Source: Acidimicrobiia bacterium
Lineage (GTDB): Bacteria > Actinomycetota > Acidimicrobiia > Spongiisociales > ZC4RG35
Direction of reading: 5' to 3'
DNA length: 51,264 bases
Assembly: GCA_009377435.1 (NCBI GenBank)
Contig: WHUC01000003.1
Location: 1-51,264, forward strand
Shown here: piece by piece, positions 45,850 to 51,264 of the stretch
Numbering within the stretch: the stretch's first letter is position 1
Layout of the letters: each line of letters begins with the position of its first letter
Position numbers and translations under genes: made by a program
Notes under the pieces: model-generated
The model's database searches: none
What the model was told of the DNA's origin: nothing
What the model saw: the letters and a program-made list of their open reading frames with translations, nothing else

Positions 45850-47094
45850 TCAGGTGAGCAGTTGCACCAGGGCGTGGATGACCAGACCGGCGGTGGCTCC
45901 GACCAGGGTCCCGTTGATCCGGACGAATTGAAGGTCACGACCCATCCACAGCTCGAGACGACGACTGGTGTCGTCGGAATCCCATTCCTGAACGGTGGTC
46001 GAGATGAGCCCGGTCAACTCCCGCTCCCCCACCCTGGCGATGGGCTCGGCGAATGATCGCAGCCAAACCAAGATGCGCTCCCGTATGTCGGCATCGGCGA
46101 CGAGTCGGTCCCCGAGCTGACCGAGTGTGGCCGCGATCCTCACCTTCATCTCAGAGTCGGGGCGCTCCGTGGCGTCGGCCACGGCCCCGGCGAGGGCCGA
46201 CCAGGTCCCCCGGGCCCAACTTCTCAGTTCGGGATGATCGAGCAGGGTGTCGACCCGCTCCGCGATTCGGGACCGCAGGCTGTCATCGTCACGCAGGCGC
46301 ACCGCCAACATCCGGAGACGTCGGTCCAACGCCTTGCGAATCTCGTGATCGGGGTTGCCGGCGAGCTCGACCAGATAACGCTGCACCGCATCGAAGGCGG
46401 TCTCGAAGACGGCGTCGTCGATGGTCTCCGGAACCCACCATGGTGACTGCTCCCCAAGTCGCTCCCTGAGTGCGAAGCGGTTGTCATTGAGCCCGTTGGC
46501 GATGCCCTCGATCCCGGCTGTGATCATGGGCGTGTGCTGACCATCGGCCATGGCGATCTCGAGACCCTTCGCCGCGAGATCCGCATAGGGAACGCTACGG
46601 AGGCGCTCCACGACGATTCGCTCCATCTCCGACTCGATCTCGGTGGAATCCAGGCCCTCGGCCAACGCTCCTGTCGCCGAGACGAGATGCTCGGCGAGGG
46701 TGTCGGCGTGGCGCGGGTCGCTTAGCCATCCTCCCAGCCGCATCGGGATGTCGGCCTCCTCCATCCGTTCGATGACCATGTCCGGGGATAGGAAATTCTG
46801 TCGGACGAACTCGGCGAGATTCTGACCGAGCCCCTCCTTCGAGCGGGGGATGATTGCGGTATGGGGGATAGGGATCCCCAGGGGGTAGCGAAACAGGGCG
46901 ACTACGGCGAACCAGTCGGCGAGGCCGCCGATCATCCCCGCCTCCATCGCCGAGCGGAGATAACCCACCCAGGTGGCGCCGCCCATGAAGAACGTGCCGA
47001 TGAAGACGACGAACACGAGAGCCAACAGCCCGGTGGCGCGTCTCCGGGCGGTGCGGAGGGCGGCACCCCTTCGGTGGTCGTAATCGGAGATCAT
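45850..47094 (-). CDS. DUF445-family membrane protein
   Basis: EAGMIGGLADWFAVVALFRYPLGIPIPHTAIIP and GRDLQFVRINGTLVG. Confidence 0.93.
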   Translation of the reverse strand: MISDYDHRRGAALRTARRRATGLLALVFVVFIGTFFMGGATWVGYLRSAMEAGMIGGLADWFAVVALFRYPLGIPIPHTAIIPRSKEGLGQNLAEFVRQNFLSPDMVIERMEEADIPMRLGGWLSDPRHADTLAEHLVSATGALAEGLDSTEIESEMERIVVERLRSVPYADLAAKGLEIAMADGQHTPMITAGIEGIANGLNDNRFALRERLGEQSPWWVPETIDDAVFETAFDAVQRYLVELAGNPDHEIRKALDRRLRMLAVRLRDDDSLRSRIAERVDTLLDHPELRSWARGTWSALAGAVADATERPDSEMKVRIAATLGQLGDRLVADADIRERILVWLRSFAEPIARVGERELTGLISTTVQEWDSDDTSRRLELWMGRDLQFVRINGTLVGATAGLVIHALVQLLT

Positions 47095-47149
47095 GGCAGG
47101 GATGTTGGCACAAGCCATCGGACTCGACGCCAATGCGGCCGAGGCGAAG

Positions 47150-47566
47150 CTACGCCCCATTCGTAGACGTCGGCGTGGGGATGAGGTCAACGATGCCATC
47201 GTGGAGCGCCGCCAGACCCTTGTCGAAGCTGGCGAGACGACCACCACGCTCTCGGGCAAGCTGCACCAGATATGCATCGGTCACCTGACGATGCCCGATC
47301 ACCCCTTTCAGCGAAACGTCACGATACGGAATCGCGTCGGGCCAGAACTCATGGCGGGGGTCGTCGGCGACCTGGGTCAACAGATCCTGGGCGGTGTCTG
47401 CTGTTTGGCCTTGGCGGATCAGCAACCGCATCAGGCTTCCCTCGGTTATCGGGCAGGTCGCAAACCGGTCCGTCGTGCTCGCCAACCAAATCTCCGCTGC
47501 GGGATGGTGCACATGGTCGGCGACGAGCAGACCGATCAGCACATTGGCGTCGAGAAGGACATTCAC
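47150..47566 (-). CDS. vapC: VapC PIN-domain toxin
   Basis: LLDANVL, TE, GHRQVTDAYL and LASFD acidic PIN residues; ATGA overlap with the antitoxin. Confidence 0.93.
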   Translation of the reverse strand: MNVLLDANVLIGLLVADHVHHPAAEIWLASTTDRFATCPITEGSLMRLLIRQGQTADTAQDLLTQVADDPRHEFWPDAIPYRDVSLKGVIGHRQVTDAYLVQLARERGGRLASFDKGLAALHDGIVDLIPTPTSTNGA

Positions 47567-47793
47567 CGGTCCTCATCTTCGAGAGCTCGAACATCCTCGG
47601 TCGTTATCACCGTGCCGAGGTGGACGACGGGTAGACCGGTGCGTTCGCTCCGGGTCACCTCGGCCGTCTGGCCCTGACCCAGGGCGCGCCGCAGGAGATC
47701 GGCAATGGTATCGCTCAAACTCCGCGACGTATCCCGGGCAATCGCCCGAGCTTGTCGGTGGAGGTCATTGGGAAGATCGATGGTGGTCCGCAT
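47563..47793 (-). CDS. vapB: VapB ribbon-helix-helix antitoxin
   Basis: [14 protein letters not shown] start and TGLPVV..IT.EDV tail; upstream of the toxin; GCATC/GATGC repeats overlap the promoter. Confidence 0.9.
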   Translation of the reverse strand: MRTTIDLPNDLHRQARAIARDTSRSLSDTIADLLRRALGQGQTAEVTRSERTGLPVVHLGTVITTEDVRALEDEDR

Positions 47794-47896
47794 CTCATCA
47801 TCGTAGCATCATCACATCATGATGCGGATCCTGGGTGGGAGGAGCAAGACCACGCGCCGTTGGATCGGCTCATCCGTTATCATGAGAGTCCGCGCT

Positions 47897-47985
47897 CGCC
47901 GAGGGGCGTTGCGACCGCACAGTCTTCTGCAAGCGGCCAGGCTCGGCTGGAGCGCACGCTGAGAGATCAGCAACGGCGCCCGCTC
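47897..47985 (+). ncRNA. SAH riboswitch
   Basis: GCCGAGGGGCGTTGCGAC...CCAGGCTCGGC and downstream CAACGGCGCCC pseudoknot partner, immediately upstream of ahcY. Confidence 0.9.
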
Positions 47986-48006
47986 GCTACACGAGGAGCA
48001 ACCGCC

Positions 48007-49434
48007 ATGAGCACCACCACTCCCACGAAGACCGCCGACCACGCCGTGCGTGACATCGGGCTGGCCCACCTGGGTCGGAAGCGAATCCGGATGGCCGAGG
48101 AGGAGATGCCGGGTCTCATGCAGATCCGGGACCGATTTGCCGCCGACAAGCCACTCGAGGGTGTCCGTCTCACCGGGTCCCTCCACATGACCAAGGAGAC
48201 CGCCGTCCTCATCGAGACCCTGGTCACCCTGGGCGCCTCGGTGCGGTGGGCATCGTGCAACATCTTCTCCACCCAGGACGACGCCGCCGCCGCCATCGCC
48301 GCTGCCGGTGTCCCCGTCTTCGCCTGGAAGGGCGAGACCCTCGAGGAGTACTGGCAGTGCACTCTCGACGCTCTCACCCACCCCGACATGAAGGGTCCCC
48401 AACTCGTCGTCGACGACGGGGGCGATGCCACCCTCCTCATCCACAAGGGCGTGGAGATGGAAGAGGGTGATGATTGGGTCGACACCCCCGGGGCCAACCA
48501 CGAGGAGCAGGTGATCAAGGACCTCCTCCGGGGCACCCGCGACGACCGCCCCGGCTTCTGGACCCAGGTCGCCACCGACTGGCGGGGTGTCTCCGAGGAG
48601 ACCACAACCGGTGTCCACCGTCTCTACCAACTCGCCGAGGCCAAAAAGCTCCTGGTCCCCGCCATCAACGTCAACGACTCTGTCACCAAGTCGAAGTTCG
48701 ACAACCTCTATGGCTGCCGGGAGTCCCTCGCCGACGGTATCAAGAGGGCGACCGATCTGATGATCGCCGGAAAGGTCGCCGTCGTGTGCGGCTATGGCGA
48801 CGTCGGCAAGGGCTCCGCCCAGAGTCTCCGTGGGTTCGGCGCCCGGGTCATCGTCACCGAGATCGACCCCATCAACGCCCTCCAGGCGGCGATGGAGGGT
48901 TTCGAGGTGACCACCCTTGAGGAGGCCCTCCCCGACGGCGACATCTTCATCACCACCACGGGGAACCGCGACATCATCACACTCGAGCACATGCGGGAGA
49001 TGGCCGACAATGCCCTCGTGGCCAACATCGGCCATTTCGACAACGAGATCCAGGTGTCCCGTCTCAACGAGGCCGCCGACATCGAGAAGGACCGGATCAA
49101 GGACGGTGTCGACCGCTACACCTTCCCCGACGGCACCTCGCTGTATGTCCTGGCCGAGGGTCGTCTCGTCAACCTCGGTGTCGCCCACGGTCATCCGTCG
49201 TTCGTGATGTCGAACTCGTTCTCCAACCAGACCCTGGCCCAGATCGAGCTGTGGGACAACAGGGACGACTACGAAAAGACGGTGTACCGGCTCCCCAAGA
49301 AGCTCGACGAGGAGGTGGCCCGACTCCATCTGGAGCAGATCGGTGTCAAGCTGACCACCCTCACCCCCGACCAGGCCGAATATATCGGTGTCCCCGTGGA
49401 AGGGCCGTACAAACCGGACCACTACCGGTACTGA
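48007..49434 (+). CDS. ahcY: S-adenosylhomocysteine hydrolase
   Basis: [49 protein letters not shown] and [10 protein letters not shown]; GAGGAG RBS. Confidence 0.98.
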   Translation: MSTTTPTKTADHAVRDIGLAHLGRKRIRMAEEEMPGLMQIRDRFAADKPLEGVRLTGSLHMTKETAVLIETLVTLGASVRWASCNIFSTQDDAAAAIAAAGVPVFAWKGETLEEYWQCTLDALTHPDMKGPQLVVDDGGDATLLIHKGVEMEEGDDWVDTPGANHEEQVIKDLLRGTRDDRPGFWTQVATDWRGVSEETTTGVHRLYQLAEAKKLLVPAINVNDSVTKSKFDNLYGCRESLADGIKRATDLMIAGKVAVVCGYGDVGKGSAQSLRGFGARVIVTEIDPINALQAAMEGFEVTTLEEALPDGDIFITTTGNRDIITLEHMREMADNALVANIGHFDNEIQVSRLNEAADIEKDRIKDGVDRYTFPDGTSLYVLAEGRLVNLGVAHGHPSFVMSNSFSNQTLAQIELWDNRDDYEKTVYRLPKKLDEEVARLHLEQIGVKLTTLTPDQAEYIGVPVEGPYKPDHYRY

Positions 49435-49556
49435 TCGGGGGGTCTCCCCGATGAGGGCTCATGGTGGTCCGGACGACCCGAGGTCAGGCCGCCGCCTTCA
49501 TGAGACGAGCCCTACTCCCCTGACATCACGTCCCGGGACGATGAGCCATCTTCGAG

Positions 49557-50333
49557 CTACTGGTCGGCCACCCATCGACCGACCTGGATGACAAACTCGT
49601 CGAGGTCGCCGAGACGATCGAGATTCTCCACGACCCGGTCATCGTCGACATCGGCGTACCGGTGGACCAGGATGTTCCGGAACCCGGAAGCCGCTCCGAG
49701 CCGCTCGGCAACGGCGGTGTCGATGACGTCGTTTCTCGCCAGTTCGGCAAAGGCGTCGGCATTGGTCTCGGGAGTGCTCCAACCTTCTGACACCGATAAA
49801 TGGTGGGCCACCCGGGCGGCGCCCTCGATGGCGGTGATGAACCGATACTTGATGGCGTCGAGGTCGGTCTCGGTTAATGACGAACCCACGAATCGTCCCA
49901 GGACGTCACGGTCCCGGCGGACCCGATCGAGGAGTCGGAGGACGCGTTCGGCGTCAACCATCGGTGACTCTGCCTCCAGCCACTCCCGTTGGCGGCGACG
50001 GAGATGGGGGATCTCGTCCAAATAGATGAACCGGGTGTCGGCCTGCCAGGCCACCCGCCGCGGGGGGTCGTCATCGAACAGCACCCGGCCCTCGAGGGCC
50101 ACCCGCCCGGCGAGCCAGAGCGGTGCGGTGTCGAGAACGGTGAGGTCGACTCCCGCAGGGAGGCCGACGTCCCACCGATCCGGCGGGTCCTGTCCCCACC
50201 AGGCGGCCACATCGAGATCGGAATCCGGTCGCTCGGTGCCACCAGCCCGGCTTCCGAACACGAAGGCGAACCGGGAGTCGGACTTTCGCAGTGTGGCAGC
50301 GACGGTTGACTCCAGGTCGGCTGTCGGTTCCAT
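49557..50333 (-). CDS. MntA-like minimal nucleotidyltransferase fused in frame to a HepT-like (DUF86) HEPN RNase
   Basis: FGSRA......SDLDVA in the N-terminal half and RNILVHRY in the C-terminal half with no stop between; internal ATG 49961 with GGAGG; TACCCT -10 box 6 nt before ATG 50333. Confidence 0.9.
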   Translation of the reverse strand: MEPTADLESTVAATLRKSDSRFAFVFGSRAGGTERPDSDLDVAAWWGQDPPDRWDVGLPAGVDLTVLDTAPLWLAGRVALEGRVLFDDDPPRRVAWQADTRFIYLDEIPHLRRRQREWLEAESPMVDAERVLRLLDRVRRDRDVLGRFVGSSLTETDLDAIKYRFITAIEGAARVAHHLSVSEGWSTPETNADAFAELARNDVIDTAVAERLGAASGFRNILVHRYADVDDDRVVENLDRLGDLDEFVIQVGRWVADQ

Positions 50334-50479
50334 GGGCTCAGGGTACCGAGCCAGTCCCCCCCGATCGTGCCATAGCGAACGGCGCCGCTCCCCGAAGCCT
50401 CGGTGCGACAGAGCCCCGAACCGTGGGCCGGCGGTGACGGCAGGCGTGAGCGCGAGCCCTAATGGGTGTGTAACTGGGT

Positions 50480-51264
50480 TCAGGGGATGAGGACGTCGGC
50501 GACGATGATCGCCGAGAGGGCCGCCAGGTAGATGTTGGAGGCGGTGAAGAGACGGATCGGCTTGGTGTCGGGTCGGGTCATCCGCCACGACTCCCAGAAG
50601 AACCAGCCCCCCAGACCAATGGCCCCGACCAGATAGACCCATCCCATACCGGCCACCGGCACCAGCAAGAGGGTGAGCCAAACCAGGATCGCCGAGTAGA
50701 GGAGGATCTGGCGTACGGTCGCCTCACGACCACGAACGACCGGGAGCATCGGCACCGAGGCCGCGGCGTAGTCGGACTGGTAACGGAGTGCCAGAGCCCA
50801 GAAATGTGGTGGCGTCCAATAGAAGACGATGGCAAACAGGATCCAGGCGGGAAGACCCACCCCCCCGGTCACCGCGGCCCAACCCACCAGGGCGGGAGCG
50901 GCACCGGCAGCACCACCGATAACGATGTTCCGGGTGGTGGTCCGCTTGAGAAGAATGGTGTAGACGACCACATAGAAGAGGAGAGCCGCCGTCGACCAGA
51001 CGGCGGCGGTGAGGTTGGTGAAGACCCACAACCAGGCGAACCCGACCACCCCGAGCCCGACGCCGAACCAAAGGGCATTCCTCGCCTCCACACCATGCAC
51101 CGGTAGGGGCCGCCGCTTGGTGCGTCCCATCAGCCCGTCGATGTCCCTATCTAGATAGCTGTTGAGTGTGTTGGCGCCAGCCGCCGACAGGGTGCCGCCG
51201 ATGAGGGTCGCCAGCACCAGCCAGGTGCCGGGCCAACCCTGGGCGGCGAGGACCATCGCCGGAA
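50480..51264 (-). CDS. ctaB: Protohaem IX farnesyltransferase (haem O synthase), 5' end outside the window
   Basis: N..LDRDID.LM.RT..RPL, YT.LLKR.T..NIVIGG.AGA, WTPPHFWAL and DY....VPMLPV. Confidence 0.96.
   Translation of the reverse strand, partial: PAMVLAAQGWPGTWLVLATLIGGTLSAAGANTLNSYLDRDIDGLMGRTKRRPLPVHGVEARNALWFGVGLGVVGFAWLWVFTNLTAAVWSTAALLFYVVVYTILLKRTTTRNIVIGGAAGAAPALVGWAAVTGGVGLPAWILFAIVFYWTPPHFWALALRYQSDYAAASVPMLPVVRGREATVRQILLYSAILVWLTLLLVPVAGMGWVYLVGAIGLGGWFFWESWRMTRPDTKPIRLFTASNIYLAALSAIIVADVLIP

Noticed and set aside
543-49422. Long antisense or alternate-frame ORFs (e.g. 543-2159, 3060-4856, 6394-8034, 11771-14452, 47812-49422)
   Set aside because: Shadow ORFs of well-supported genes in high-GC DNA, with no motifs and atypical composition
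3531-50681. Long N-terminal extensions in the ORF track (nuoH, nuoJ, nuoF, nuoB, nuoC, gdh, CcoN-like, ahcY, MNT)
   Set aside because: They run through repeats, riboswitch or neighbouring genes; shorter starts fit RBS, -10 boxes or stop/start overlaps

Overview
High-GC actinobacterial chromosome segment. Gene content and the Cys-containing SLH repeats suggest class Acidimicrobiia (inference). It holds a complex I (nuo) cluster on the minus strand, interrupted by a large NAD-glutamate dehydrogenase and by a tiny lipoprotein plus an antisense orphan ABC ATPase. Next come menJ and a divergent respiratory locus. On the minus strand is a cytochrome b6f-like split Rieske/cytochrome b complex with a 2x[4Fe-4S] ferredoxin and a large dihaem cytochrome c. 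On the plus strand is a full-length CcoN-like protein lacking all six haem/Cu histidines, followed by two c-type cytochromes. One subunit of the bc operon and both plus-strand cytochromes start with the same roughly 30-aa N-terminal motif on a long acidic tether; this is the best candidate for an undescribed system. The rest is housekeeping or accessory: SLH subtilase, Clp1-like kinase, mshA, asparaginase II, Mo-oxidoreductase, F420-LLM, YbdK, tag, DAHP synthase-chorismate mutase, VapBC, ahcY with an SAH riboswitch, a fused MNT-HEPN and ctaB. Non-coding signals include a Phe/Tyr leader-peptide attenuator, several modular MITE/palindromic repeat families (some at stop codons, leaving coupled linker mini-ORFs), a DnaA-box cluster in a convergent intergenic region and many leaderless-type -10 boxes. 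No rRNA, tRNA, CRISPR array or transposase was seen. All product calls are from motif recognition by eye; no database search was run.
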